The notes below the pieces were generated by a model. It was not told the DNA's origin, did not search any database, and was given only the letters and a program-made list of their open reading frames with translations. DNA of 64,000 nucleotides, from positions 930,001 to 994,000 of the forward strand of contig JAPETS010000004.1 in the NCBI GenBank assembly GCA_026023565.1. The letters run 5' to 3'. The stretch's first letter is position 1; every line of letters starts with the position of its first letter. This stretch comes from Cirrosporium novae-zelandiae (Eukaryota). A program made the translations under genes and the position numbers. This document shows, piece by piece, positions 28,098 through 41,649 of the stretch.

Positions 28098-30087
28098 TTA
28101 TTTTAACTTCAAGATACGGAGAATGTCGTGGCGATGGAAGAATGAGCGGTTCTTCTTGCCAAAAATGTCTGGGGCGCCATGTTAGTGATGGGGATGCGAA
28201 TTGGATGAGGAATCAGACTCACACATTGGAATGCTTAGGAGGCAAACAAAAGCCTGGATCCCACCCATCCAGTAGAAAGGCGTCAGGATGCCACTCTCGA
28301 GAATCCAATTGTAGGCAGAAAAGGTGAGGCCAAAGCAAAGCATATTCTTAAAAATGAGCAGACAGGTGAAGATTTCGATGGATTGTTCGCCTACAAAGCA
28401 ACTTGGTTAGTATGTTATCTAGCTAGAGAAATAGTGGGTGGTTTTGGAAGACTTACGGTATGCATCAGTGACGTAAAGAGCACTAGCAACAGCGCCAATA
28501 ACCATACCCGCAACAACAAGGGCGAAGAAGAAGTCTGGCCAAAACCAACCATATTTCTCTGGATCATTGCAAGTTATACCAAATCCGAATACCCCCGCAA
28601 CCCCTAAGATGAGCTGTGGGATAACGAGTACTATCCGAAATTCTGGTTCGTAAATACCATGGTTACGTTTCACCATAATTTTGTAGGTCCAGTCAGCCAT
28701 AGCCCCAGAAAGGAGGAAACCGAGGATAGCTCCTATGAATGCTCCTGTGTACATATAACCAGTTTTAACTTCATCAAACCAGAGGGGAGGCCCCATGAAG
28801 ATGGCAGCGAGAACGACACCGATGAGGACAGTCCAACCAATAAGAGAGGCTTGGGTCAGGCAGGCCCAGAAGATGGCGGGCTGGAAGAAAAGCGGAAATG
28901 GTCTGACAACGAGCTTGAAGAATGACTCGTCCGTCTTCCGGCCATTAAAAGGGCGAAGTCGTTTCGAAAAACTGTCTCTCTGTGGAATATTGCTATCGGA
29001 ACCATTTGAATCTGCCACAGCCTTTTCCTCATCTGTCGCCTCTTTATCAATCGAGGCGCTTGAACCTTCTCCGTTAGACGGCTCATCCTCGTTCTTCGTT
29101 TGGGCGGTCTCGTGGGGAGCTTGTTCATCGGCCGTGATATCTGTGTTCAAGTAGGACGCTCGCCGATAAGCAGTTTCTGGAATACAAAAGAAAACTAAAG
29201 GAAAGGTGGCACCACTAAAGATGGTGAGGAGATAGAAGCTCCATTGCCAGCCCAGGGTGTGGGCAATCTTGCCGACGAAGACAGGCGTAAGGAAAGACCC
29301 GCCGTAGGTCGCCAAGTTCGAAATAGCCATGCGCTTTCCACGTTCCTAGAAGGATATATTAGTATACAGGGGTATGTTGGTGATTTTCAGACTCACATGG
29401 ACAAAATACAAATCGCCAACGGTGGCGTTCACCAAAGCTTCAAAGGGTGCTAATGCAACACCTTGAAACACTCTTGCAGCCAGCTCGCTGTTATAGTTCT
29501 TATTGCTAGCTCCTCCCCAGGCGGTGGTAACGATCATGAGTAGGTTTCCAAGCAGAAACAAATGCCTCTTTCCCCATACTCGGGCGGAGGCGACGAACAA
29601 GAAGCCTGCGATACCAACTCCAAACAGATGCCACCCAGTTAAGAGAGCTACCTTAGTAAAACTAAGTTCCATATATAGGGATATGGAAAGGGTATCTGCT
29701 GCAAGGATAGGACTCAACGTAGTTGCAAGGATAGCAACCATGGAGAGAAGAAACAGGATAAGATCTCTTTTCCATAATGGCCAGTTCTATTGAAGATCAG
29801 CATTAGATTTCCGTAGGTGTAGAAGGCAGAGGCAGGCCATATATCAACGTACAAGAGGATCATTGGGGTCATCACTAGGTTGGGGTACGAGAATAATCGT
29901 GCCAGTCTTGTCGTGCTTGAGATGGGATTCATTTGTAGGCACTGGTTTGTTGATGTCGTCGAGAATATTAACCGTCCCTACAATTTAATATTAGCTATAA
30001 ATGCGTAGATGCATATATGTCAGCGGGTGGAAGCATCATACCGGGAACATGCTCCAGGACGGAGTCATCTAATACACCTAAACCCAT
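28098..30087 (-). CDS. MFS transporter (Hol1-like), multi-exon
   Basis: MGLGVLDDSVLEHVPG start, PQPSDDPNDPL|NWP, WGKRHLFL, ARVFQG, VGDLYFVH|ERGKR, PETAYRR, YEPEFR. Ends ...DILRILKLK*. Confidence 0.9.
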
Positions 30088-30423
30088 ATTGTCGCCACAC
30101 CGGAGGAGGATTTCTTTTTGGTGTGTCAAGACCTTTTATGATAGTCAAGGACTAAAAATTAACAGTCTCATGACCGGCTACAAAGCATTGCGGTTTCAAA
30201 GCGATGAAGATCCGTCCGGTATTAAAATATCTGCTGTGGGGAGAGCAAGTTATTTGCGCACAATCAGGAATTGACAGGTGAATTTGAATTATTTAGCTAT
30301 TGATAAAGACTATACATAGCAGATGGACGGTGATACGGAGAAAGGGCCATATATTGGGAGAGCGAAGACATGGGGTTGGGTATTGGCTACCAGGACCGTC
30401 AGGACCACCAGGGCCCATTAGAG

Positions 30424-30468
30424 TCACCAAAGGCCACCAAGGGCCACCAAGGGCCACCAAGGGCCACC
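30424..30468. repeat. 10-bp tandem repeat (CACCAAGGGC) x ~4.5
   Basis: caccaaaggc caccaagggc caccaagggc caccaagggc cacca. Confidence 0.9.
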
Positions 30469-31763
30469 AGTGCTGCCAGTGCTACCCTAAATCCTCAATG
30501 GTGGGTGAATGAACAACATGAACAACTAATCAATGGCCATGACAGCAATGAAGTTACGGCAGATCAACCTTTTGCCAAGCTCTCCAACAAAAACCCGAGA
30601 GCTTCAACCCGGTCGAGTGTCAACTTGTCACTTTGATCAACTTATCAATTGTCTCCCTCAGCCCTGTTCGATCGATTTACAGACAATTCTCCGATTCCAT
30701 CATCCGGTTCACGGATAAGCAAAACGGGAAGTGGGAAGATCTCGAAAGTCATTTTCCAATCATCCCACTTGCCGAGAAGGAAAGGATAGTTCCCATCCGG
30801 TCTGGATAGAAACACCATCTTCCTCATTTGAGCGAAGATCTTCTGCTACTCGATCCCTTCTCTATTCCTACTATGTAGTGGTCTCATGTGCAACATATTC
30901 TTCCGCATCAATTGGGGACTTCACATGTAAACCGTTGGAACTATTTACACTAGGAGGTATATCTCGCTCATGTTCAAACTTTGTTAATGAACTATTGTGT
31001 ATAAGTGAGGATTTATGAATTGGCCAAATAGGCACTCTTTCCTTTTCAGATCCACACATCCGAACACTTTGTCCGCACAAAATTACCTTTCTGTATGGCG
31101 TACATGTTGGTGGTGAGGGGGATAGTCGTGATAGTCCAAGTACCTGCAGGGTTCTTGCAAATTCAGTTTGGATCATCAATTGATCATCCTTGTTGATTGT
31201 ACAAAAACTCACGGACCAGTAGCTATAACTCTCATTACTTTAATTAATTGTTTCTTTTTACTGTGGTACCAAGTCTTGTTATAAAAGTCACGTTCCATGA
31301 GACTTTAGTCAGGTACAAAGTTGCATAACCCGATACAGAGTTATACTTGTAGTAGTACAGAGTATAGTTTAACTCAGAAGCGGTCAAATTACTGAAAATT
31401 ACCACCAAAATTGTTCGGATCTTTGTTGGGCCTTTCTTGGCATGCCAGATGCGGAGATGCAAAATGCTTTGGCTAAACTTCACCTTCAGACCAAAGCTGC
31501 TCAGCTGTTTTTGTTTCTTTACTACTGGAGCTACTTGAGCTACCTGTCTAACCATCCAATGGAACCATGAATCTATCCATTATTAAATGCTACCATAGGC
31601 CATCTCTCTGTTTCTTTTCTTTCTCTCTTTTTTTTTACCTTGACTGTCTCTGTTCTTTGCTTAGTATCCAATCAGTGTGAACTTCTTTTTGGAATAACCA
31701 TTATCTTGGCTTTCTCCATCTCTATCAATTCTACCAATTGATTCCCCCATCACAACAGACAAA

Positions 31764-32481
31764 ATGAGACTTTCCATCCAGGTCCTTCTCACTTCTGCCC
31801 TTGCAGTTTCTGCTCTCGGCTACAGCTTGGACCGTCGCTCAACTACTTACACGGACCTACCAGATTGCGCCGCCTCTTGCGTCACCGATTCTTTCGGCGA
31901 TTGCAGCTCTCTCGATGTGGCATGCATCTGCAAGCTTAAGTCCTTCATCTCCCAAATCTCGTGTTGTGTATTGAAGGCCTGTTCGACGGCTAACGTGGAG
32001 AGTAAGCATCACATTTCTGAGCTTTCCTCTCTCCTTTGGAAAGGATAGCTCCCAAGATTTACCTTATATCTAACCCATTAAAACAGAGACCCTCACATTC
32101 GCCCATCAACTTTGCGATAGTGTCGGTGTCTCCACTCTTCCCACCGCTGCCACTTGTGCATCCACTGCTACTGATACCGCCACCTCCGCTGCATCTGGTA
32201 CCGCTGCAGCCACAGCGACAACTACCGGAGCTGCCTCCGCTGCAACAACTGCCGACAGCTCTGCTACTACAGGTGGTATGCTTATATGCTTTACCATACC
32301 CTAAACCTCTAAACTTGAACTACCCGCTAATTTTCCTACAGCATCATCAGCTGAAACTGCCACTTCTGCGGCCGCAGCTTCTGCCTCCACATCCTCTTCT
32401 AGCTCCGGTGCCGCCCCTCACAACATTGTTTCTGGGATGGGAGCGGGAGCCGCTGCAATAGCTGCTCTCATGATCCTATAA
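31764..32481 (+). CDS. GPI-anchored CFEM domain cell-surface protein (3 exons)
   Basis: Signal peptide, PDCAASC...CSSLDVACIC...SCCVLKAC...LC cysteine pattern, Ala/Thr/Ser-rich stalk and hydrophobic C-terminus (GMGAGAAAIAALMIL*). Confidence 0.9.
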
Positions 32482-34410
32482 ACACCCCCCATTTCTTTGC
32501 CAGATTTGAAACGAGCGATTGTGAATTCTAGGCTGGTAAAAATATCTCTCCTTGGTGATAACTTGGAAAGAAGCTGCAAGGGAAGCGGGGACGCTCAATC
32601 AGGGTTATCCGTTATTTACGCGTTCAGATGGTTAATATGAATTGTATGGATGTGCTCTGCTATGACTGATTTAAGGTTGATTTTTTTTTCTTTTGAATAC
32701 AAAATGCCACGGCATGACTTGAGGTATATACATACAATGGACCTAGAAAGCAAAAAAAAACTACCTACAGAACTGATATTTTCCAAACCTGGCTACCTTC
32801 TCTTGGAATCCATATTAAACTTAGACCTATAGATCATATTAACGGAGCCGGCATGTCCACATGTGCACACCTTAACAGCAACCTTCTCCTTATAAAGCGT
32901 CCATAGACAAGGGTCTAGACAATATAAGAAGCCCTTTTTAATCACGCCCACTCCCCTTCTCTTCATGAGTCTTTCTCCCCCACCATCATCATCATCATCA
33001 CCATCCCTCCAACCACCCCCCTTAAATTCCCCACCCTTCTCCATCGTTCCATACATATATAATCAATAATCCTTTTAGTTACTTACAACATTTCTTTTTA
33101 AGAGAGAGAATAGCAATAACAACAATAATAGAGGATCGAATAATTTATTTATTTATATTACTTTTCTTGTTTTGAAAATAGTAGTATATTTGCAAAAAGA
33201 CTGACAAATTCAATAGTTACTGCAAATATATATGGTTGTGTTTTGTTAGTTGGAGGAGGGGGAGGGACGGAGTTTTGAAAAGGCTAAGAGTTGTATATAT
33301 TATATTATTTTAAATGAAGGAAGAGGAAGAAGAAGCAAGCTGGATGGGTGGGTGGGAGAGGGTTGTGGGATAGCAAAGGGCTACTTACTCGGAAGAGAAA
33401 TATATAGTCTACTGTAATACATTCGTTTAACTAATATTATGATTTCCTTGTGGGATATTTCCTTATAGCCCCTCCCCGCCCCCCTCTCTTTATATAAATA
33501 TAAATATAAGATCCGTAGATATGGAGTTTGACTTACCCCAACCTCAATGCCCAATGCCTAATAGTTTCCGAACGTTATCTAAACCAATAAAGTTGAAGCT
33601 GAAGTTGAAGTTGTGTCGGAAAATAGGAAAGGAAAGATTAAAAAATAAATAGAAAGAAAGCTCTCGACATGCAATCGGAATTACACGTACAACGTATCTA
33701 CAGTAATTAAAGATTTATTTTAACAAAGGTAAGAAATAGGAAGATGAGATAGTAAGGTAGAAAATAAATATAATGTGATTAGATCGGAAAGAGAGAAAAA
33801 AGTCATGAGGACAGGTGAGGGACCTTCGGGAGGGAGGCCTGGAGACAAAATCAAGTCTTTATATACCTACCTACGGTGCCTAAGTAAGAATTCACAATTA
33901 ATTACCCAGTAGTAGTTTTCTATCCTTCATGCCTCTTCCCCAAGACCCCCAGATTAAATCATTATTAAAAAACCAAATTCGTTCGTTTTCATTTCTAACC
34001 ACATGTACCTATCGAAAAAGGTGCTTTGATTATATTATATTTTTTTCTTTCTATATTTCTTCTACTAGAGTAATCTTGGTTGACATAGCCTACCCCTAAT
34101 AGGTATAAGATATAAGATATAAAACGGTTATGTAATTATCCCATAGTAGAGTTAACGGAGGAGCACACCCAAACCCAAGTTTCATACTTTCTTCTATGGG
34201 TATAGGTTTTAGGGTGGAATCTCTGTAATCCTCCCCCAACCCCCCTTCTGATAATTCTTTTCATGCGGTTGGTTTGCGCGTAAGTTACATCAACGTCCTG
34301 AATAGATAAATAACTAGGTTCCATTAGACGCCCTATCCCTGGTAAAATGCATTCGAAACAAGCCTCCAGCAAACAGCAAACAGTAAGGTACATATTGTTA
34401 CCCATCTATA

Positions 34411-35457
34411 TTACCTCCGCTCGGTCCCAGGGGGATGATTCTCAAATAGGTCTTCTAGGTATGCACTTGGTGCTCTTCCACGGGGAGGTGATGCAAGGTT
34501 CATCATGCTACTTCCATTTGAATACTCGGTTGCAACACCAGTACCGACAGGCCCGTCACGACTGTGAGGAAGACTGGGAGAGCCGGGTGGACTGATGCCT
34601 CCTGAATGCGTTCGGGAGTAGCCCTGTGATTGGGGTCCGAATGGTGAGAGGGACATGGCGCTGCCTGTGCTAAGGTGTTTCATGGCACTGTTTCCATTGC
34701 CTGAGTTGTAGAAACCTGCAGGTAGGTAGCCAGAACCCCTATTCCCAGCGGTATGCATCCCCCCACCAGCGGTTGGAGAGTAGAAAAGACTGGCATTGTG
34801 AGCATGGCTGCCCTTTCCGGGGGTCGCACCAAGGGGATCGAGAGACATGGTGGAGCCTGCGCCGTGGGAATATAATCCAGCCTTTTTGAGGAGACTCTTC
34901 TTCTGCTCGCCATATGTGTGTTGCATCGCGGCACGTTTGACGGATCGGTGGAGAGACCATGCGATGAGACCGCGCCAGGCAACCACAGCAAGCGCGCAGA
35001 AACCAATAATGGCGCCCACGGCTATGAACATTGTTCCGTTAGGGAGATTAGATTTTTGCATGTAGGGTGCGTTAGAGGTATCTGGCACCCCGACATCAAA
35101 GGTATATGTAGCCGCGGCACTGCCATCGGTGGCCGAGGTGAGGGTGGGCATGGAATCAGAGGTACCTGTACCTGTGGTCGTTGTGGCTGCTGTGCCTGTT
35201 GTAGTTGCATCACTCGTTGTGGAACTTTCGGTCGCGGTGCTTAGGTTTGGCATTGATGTTGTCGAGCCTCCAGTTGTAGCCGCAGTTGTAGCCGCAGTTG
35301 TAGCTGCAGTTGTCGCCGCATCTGTCGTCGCATCTGTAGCTGTGTCTGTATCTGTCGTCGTATCTGCAGCTAACGTCCTTGCAATAAGGAAAGCGAAGAG
35401 CAAGGCCAGGAGGAAGTTTGCGCTCGAGGCGCTCGAGCCTCGAGTGAAGAGTTGCAT
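34411..35457 (-). CDS. Type I membrane protein, CSI2/PRM5-like
   Basis: Signal sequence, Thr/Ala-rich ectodomain, VPDTSNAPYMQKSNLPNGTMFIAVGAI TM, LFYSPTA and RAPSAYLEDLF motifs. Confidence 0.8.
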   Translation of the reverse strand: MQLFTRGSSASSANFLLALLFAFLIARTLAADTTTDTDTATDATTDAATTAATTAATTAATTGGSTTSMPNLSTATESSTTSDATTTGTAATTTTGTGTSDSMPTLTSATDGSAAATYTFDVGVPDTSNAPYMQKSNLPNGTMFIAVGAIIGFCALAVVAWRGLIAWSLHRSVKRAAMQHTYGEQKKSLLKKAGLYSHGAGSTMSLDPLGATPGKGSHAHNASLFYSPTAGGGMHTAGNRGSGYLPAGFYNSGNGNSAMKHLSTGSAMSLSPFGPQSQGYSRTHSGGISPPGSPSLPHSRDGPVGTGVATEYSNGSSMMNLASPPRGRAPSAYLEDLFENHPPGTERR

Positions 35458-36070
35458 ATTTGCGGTATGAAAGAGTGGGGATATCTATTAAACGAGCGTT
35501 ATTTTGAATATAGCCTTGAATGGATCGGAATCTCGTGGTCTTCGGGAAGTTATTGAAACTTTGGCATTCTGAGGAGCATCGGCCCCCTTTTGTTGACGTC
35601 GAGTTGTCAGAGTAACTCCTTGCTCGGAGGCTGAAAACGATCGGACTTGAAACTCTCTCAAAAGACCTTAAGGAGACAATGAATGTAAATTTTATTCCTA
35701 TAGTAAAGAGAATATCTCCAGAAACAATTTCAGCGTCAAGGGTGAACGGATATAGTCAGATGGTGGAAGAAGCAGTGGCAACATTTCCACATGGACCAAA
35801 AATAGATAATTGAGGTACTCACTGGACTTGTGGTCGGAATGGTCGACAGAGTGACCACCGACCATTGACTGGAGATGACGGAGAATCACTTTTCCGACTC
35901 GGGTAAGCAATTATCGGCTAATATACTTTTGTACTTAGTACAATCGTAATTTTCCAAAATTTTCGACTTTAAATTTCCCGGGTTGTGGGACTTTCCTCTT
36001 CTTCATCAACTTCTGCCTTTACAGAATTTGATCCTTCCTAGCTTTCATCTGTCTTGGAAGTCAAGCCAAG

Positions 36071-36819
36071 ATGGGTGTTGCTAAGGTCAGTCCTTTCAAT
36101 GATGCTCTCTATCACTTTCAACCACTAACTCTATATAGAGGACAAGAAAGTTCGCCCAAGTTAAGAGGGTTATTGGCCAACGGGATGCCAGGTTAAAGAA
36201 GAATCAGGACAAGGGTGAAGCTGGAGCCAAGGAAAAGTCCAAAGGAGACGAAGTCGTTCGAGAAATCCCTCAGGTCTCCTCTGCTCTCTTCTTCCAGTAT
36301 AACACTGCCCTTGTACCACCATACAACATTCTTATCGATACCAATTTCCTTTCTCACACTGTCCAACGGAAGTTGGAACTTCTTCCGTCCCTCATGGACT
36401 GTTTATACGCCAAGGCAACTCCAATCATGTATGATATCTTTCGTCTTACCCCTCCGCCCGACTAGTTATTGACATTGACAACAGAACCACTTGTGTTATG
36501 GCTGAATTGGAGAAGCTTGGCCCCAAGTACCGCATCGCTCTCCGAATTGCTCGAGATGAGCGATGGGAAAGATTGAAGTGTGACCACAAGGGTGTTTATG
36601 CAGATGATTGCATAGTTGACCGAGTGATGAAACACAAGATTTATATTGTTGCAACGAACGACAGAGACTTGAAAAGGCGAATTAGGAAGATTCCTGGTGT
36701 GGTACGTATCTTGGACAATCATGTCATATTGATTATTTACTAATGGCATGTAGCCTATCATGAGCGTTGCACGAGGAAAATATGTAGTTGAGCGGTTACC
36801 AGATGCTCCCGAACACTGA
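36071..36819 (+). CDS. FCF1: rRNA-processing PIN-domain protein Fcf1/Utp24 (4 exons)
   Basis: [65 protein letters not shown]. Ends LPDAPEH*. Confidence 0.95.
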
Positions 36820-38560
36820 GCTGGGTACAGATTGCGCTTTGATATCGCAACCCCACTACGAAGTCGATAGGCGGTCTCACACACTACTCTCTGGAATCAG
36901 GAGTTGTTGCACGACCTACATCATAAGCTCCAATGGCTTGATGATCCACCTGATAATGATAACTCATGATCTCATGAGAGATTTGATGCTGTTCAAAGTA
37001 AGCACTATTGTCTCCTATCATCATCGCATACCATATTCTTATCCTTAAAATGATGTAAAATTTTCGGATGTAAATTCACAGACCTGTTCTTAAAAAACCG
37101 TGTGGATATTTCCGTTGCCTTCCTTCTGAACTATACAAATCCATATACTACATATATTCATCAAGCTATTGTCTACAAATATTCTAACTAGCGCGTCTAT
37201 ATAGGTATCTAGCCATCCTTGAGAAGCCCAGGAAATATGAGTGTAGAGTCCTGAAAAGAGACCAGCAGTTAGTTCACGGGAAGGAATCTAGTTATGAGGA
37301 GATGGTATCTTAAATTGGAGCGAATGAATCATCGACATATATAGTCCCTGAAACCAAACAATCCTTTTTCTTGAGGATCCGTCTTGATTATTAGTGTTTT
37401 ATATATATCCTCCTAGTATTTTCGATAGGTAGAAATGAAAGCGAATAGACCTAAAAATCAAACCTAGAAGGATGACCTTAGGGAGGCTTTCAAATTAAAT
37501 TGTTGTTGAAAATCCCCCCAGAACCACTTTTCGGGTTCCATCTTTGAATCCAGCCGCTTTCATTTCTACTCGTCGGAAGTATGACCTTGGGCTATAAGTA
37601 AACGGAACCTCGAAAATCCCTTGGTGTCTTATGTGCTACAGTACATGTGTGGTTAAGTATAGAAGAGGACTAAATACTAATGACCCAGTACGAGATTGCT
37701 TAATTGTTTCCCACAACGCAAAGGCCATGCATACATATATAACCTTCAGTATAGTAAGTGCAAAGTCAAGTGTGCACAGACTCAGAACTTCATCCATCAA
37801 TATAATAAAATCACAATTTGCATTTACACTTTTTGTTCTGCATATACAAACAACATACAGCAATACTCAAGAAATAGCATACAAAGGCAAGAGACAATAC
37901 AAATAGACAAAAAATAGACATGACACACATGCAACAAATCGTTTCCTATGTTTGTTTGTTTTCACTCCACTCCACCTCCCACACTAGCAAGCAAAACTCA
38001 CTTCACCATATTTATGTATGCACTTCATATTCGAAAACAAGAATAAAAGCGAACGAAAAGGAGTCTATGATCACTTCAGCACTGCCTAACTAATTCAGAG
38101 AGAAAAAAAGAATGAAGAAAAAAAATGTAAATGCAAAAGCCATGCCCATTGATTGATTGATTGACTGATTTGGTTGCCCCGAGACTAAAAATGCCATGCC
38201 GTGTACAAACAAGGGGCGCCTACGACGCCTTCGCTGGATTGAAAAAGAAAAGACGAGGGAAACTGGGGCTTGGGTATTTCGAAAGGAGAATAAAGATAAT
38301 GCATGATGTATGCGATTTCGAGACCTGGTCAAGATTCTCACCTTACTCCTAGGATAGACAAGAAACAGAAACAAGTAAGAAAGGAAACATACTGCCACCC
38401 TTTCCCATGTTTCATTAATAATAGCGCCTCAGATCGATCCATGATTCTCCCTTTCCATTAAACTCCGTTGATTCATTCACATACTCTTTCCATATCGTAT
38501 CCACAGTATCCATCAATCAGCATAAAAAGGGCCTTTAAACTGAGCCACCAGATGAAAAAT

Positions 38561-40272
38561 CTAGATTTTCTCTACATCGGCAATAGCAGCGTAGCTGCTC
38601 GCCTTTATGCCCATCGGTCTTGTGTGCGGAAACACTGTATCACTCAATCTACCCTCCGCATCCCGTTGCAGGAATTCCAGCCCGTCGCTTAACTCCACAT
38701 ACTGCGCCTGTGGTCTTACCATCGGCAATAGCGCCAAGATATCCGCGTTCCATAATCCTGAGCATTGATTGTTCTTCAGCTGGAAATATGGATTAAGGAG
38801 TGGACAGGGTGCATCAAGGTCGATATATCGGATGCGAATATCCTTGAGTTCGGAAAGGACCGCGAGCGAGCTAACGCACTCGACAACAAGAGCTTCAAAG
38901 GCCTGAATGAACGACCAATTTGTTATCCCTGTGCCCTCATCTAGAATGCAGTTCTTGCGACAGCAATTTTTTACCACAAGGTCCAGGGAGCGGAGGCGGG
39001 AACCATTGCGGTTTCTCCTAGCTGCTGCAATGGCGTGGGTGAAAAAGCAGCCGCAAACGCGGCCAGTATAAGTCAGAGCTTCAAGACTCGACGTAACGTC
39101 ACCAAGGACCCGGCAAATGTGGTATTTGGGGTATACTTTGGACCACATATTTGGCTTCGCGGCGCCTTTGCTGTAGAAGCCCTCCAGGCAGATGTTTAAG
39201 TGCGTGAGGTGATTGGGGAGGCTCTTTGGATCAAGGATATCGTACATGCTTTTGTAGGCTTTGGATTTGGGCTGGGCGTAGGTGCAATGCCATTCTATGA
39301 GGTTGGGAAGAGCAGCGGAGAGTCTAAGGAAGTCAACATCATCGCGTATAATGTTCCAAGCGCCTTTCATGATAAATGTTCGAATGTTAGGAAGGGTAGG
39401 CAGCCATTGCCATTTGGTGCTTTGGTTCTTAAAGTGCTTGATCATGGGCGGTTTCTTGCAATGACCACCCTCCAATGTCAGGACGCAGGCATCCGGAAAG
39501 ACATCTTGAACAACGTCGAAAATTTCCTCGATACTGGCATTGTGCGAGGCTTGTTGGTATATTGTATTACTACCCGTTTGTCGGTCATTGAACACTGTCA
39601 CCACGCCATGATGCACTATGCTCGACGTTTGTATATGGCTAGTAGGAAGGGAGTGAGAGTGTTCCGTCTTGTTTCCCCATACAGGAACCCAAATCTCGAT
39701 ATGCCTTACGTATGTCCGGAGTAAAGGTTTCAGGTCAAACCATTCAGATGCTTCTTGTAATTCTGCAATGGTACCTTTCACTTTGACTAGCTTGAGGTTA
39801 GCATCACGTCGACTCCTGGGCATATTATAGAGGGCCGCTTACTGTGCCTGTAGAGTCGTTCCTGAATTAATCGTCTCCAAAGTGGGTTTACCAATGCTAA
39901 ATCGGACAATTGCTTTCTTCTGGGATGCCGTAATATTGTATTCCAACCTCTTTGGCCCGAATTCCCAGCCGTCCTCGAAGAAGCTGTAGCTGCTCTAACA
40001 CCAAACAGGTGATCTAGGATTCCCTCATGTATTTCAGCCGGTAAATCATTAAATGTTGTTACCGATCTTCGGCTTATCTCCTCAGATGTGGGCGAACAAG
40101 ATGCACCGCGGAGTGGTAAGTTGAAAGTCCCTTCGTCTCGTGATTTAGTTGGCTTTCCGGTCTGAGAGGCCATGGAAATCGGGGTGGAAGGGCAAGTCGA
40201 AGTAGCCAAAGGGAGAAGGGTAAGAGTTTCGGATCCCTGCCGGGGAGGAGTAGGTGGTTGATGAATCAACAT
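38561..40272 (-). CDS. Fungal hypothetical protein with N-terminal F-box-like motif (2 exons)
   Basis: ORFs 39787-40272 and 38561-39823 are joined by a ~50-nt intron. TFNDLPAEIHEGILDHL...LSDLALVNPLWRRLIQERLYRH resembles an F-box. Confidence 0.7.
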
Positions 40273-41649
40273 GATGATAATGAAGTTGGTGCTGTGATTT
40301 GCGGTGGTGAAGGATTACTCATGCTCCAACGAAATGGAGATGAGAAAGCCGAAGAGAGTTCTAGAAATGCGAAGTTGGAATGGCAATGGTAAGGGTAGTT
40401 TGTAAGTGGAACGAACGTGAGTTGAATTGTTATTCAACAATGATAGGCGTATCGCGAGCACGCAATGAAAGAGATACGCCTAGATCACGAGGAGTATAGT
40501 GTGTGGAGACACTTTCGTCGGATATTGAATAGACCGAGGAGATTTGACGTGTTCGAAGAAGAACAGAGCTAAGAACAAGAACAAGAAGGGAGTGGCGAAA
40601 GATTGAGTAATATAGTGATTGTAAATAGTAGTAGATGTAGACGTTTTGTTTGTTTGAGGGGGGGGGGGAATGGAAGATTTAATTTTCGTATCAGAGTTGA
40701 TGTTTTGGTTTCGGTATCTAGTGGCTTCCTTTTTTGGTGACTATCACTAATGATGTCCTGTATAGAAATTTACCAGTTGACTAGTAATTCTCATAAATTT
40801 AATCAACTCTGCAAAGCAATAAATGGTCACGATGGTGTAACTTGTAAATGGTGTTAGTGATGTAAACTATGGTTGGGAGTATATTTAAGTAATAATAGTT
40901 AATCCTTCCCCCTCTCTAGAAAATACAAAATCCCTTCCCCCCTCCGGCCCCCTCGCAATGTCTCCCAAACCAACCTTCCAACCTTCCAAACTTCCCTCGT
41001 GGCTGTGCAAAATGCCGTTATGCCGTGTCATCCTGATTCAACTGATTTAACGCACTGGTGCAACACCAATCTTGGATAAATCGTATCTCCCTGCAAAACA
41101 AATTTGCTGTTGGTCCATGCTCTCTACAAAACCCACCTATCCTTCTCATCTATTCATAGCCCTTCATGTTTCACAATCTCCCTTATCTTGCATTTAGACC
41201 TTTCATTACTACCTACTTACTACTTATTTTGATGCATTTACATAGTACCTTATCTACGTATGCTATCAACTCAATGACAATGGTAACCGTATGCTTATGT
41301 GTATCTGTCTGCCCTACTACAGTGGTCAAAGCTCCATCCATATTCAAAGCGGTCCATTGCAGATTCAACTCAATCGAGGCCTGATACTCAATATCAGCAC
41401 TTGGGCGCAATAACAGTCATGACGGGAGGCTAAATTGCATTTTGACATCCGTGCTAGTCTATATTTTATAATATATTTCAGTATTAGAGACACCCTACCG
41501 TGAGAAGGGAATCAAATTAGATCATCGGAAGTTTCGATTAAAGTATGTATAGATTATTCCAGAAGCTTTCATGGCGTGAGCTGTTAAGGGTATTATTCAC
41601 CAAACATTTTCTATACGACAAGTACATTTCATCATGAGACACAAAGCGT

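Noticed and set aside
30424..30468. CRISPR-like or telomeric array
   Set aside because: Short contiguous tandem repeat with no spacers, not TTAGGG, and the context is eukaryotic.
30800..31560. Minus-strand ORFs 30871-31212 and 31244-31555
   Set aside because: No domain or coding-like composition, and they lie in the promoter region between two real genes.
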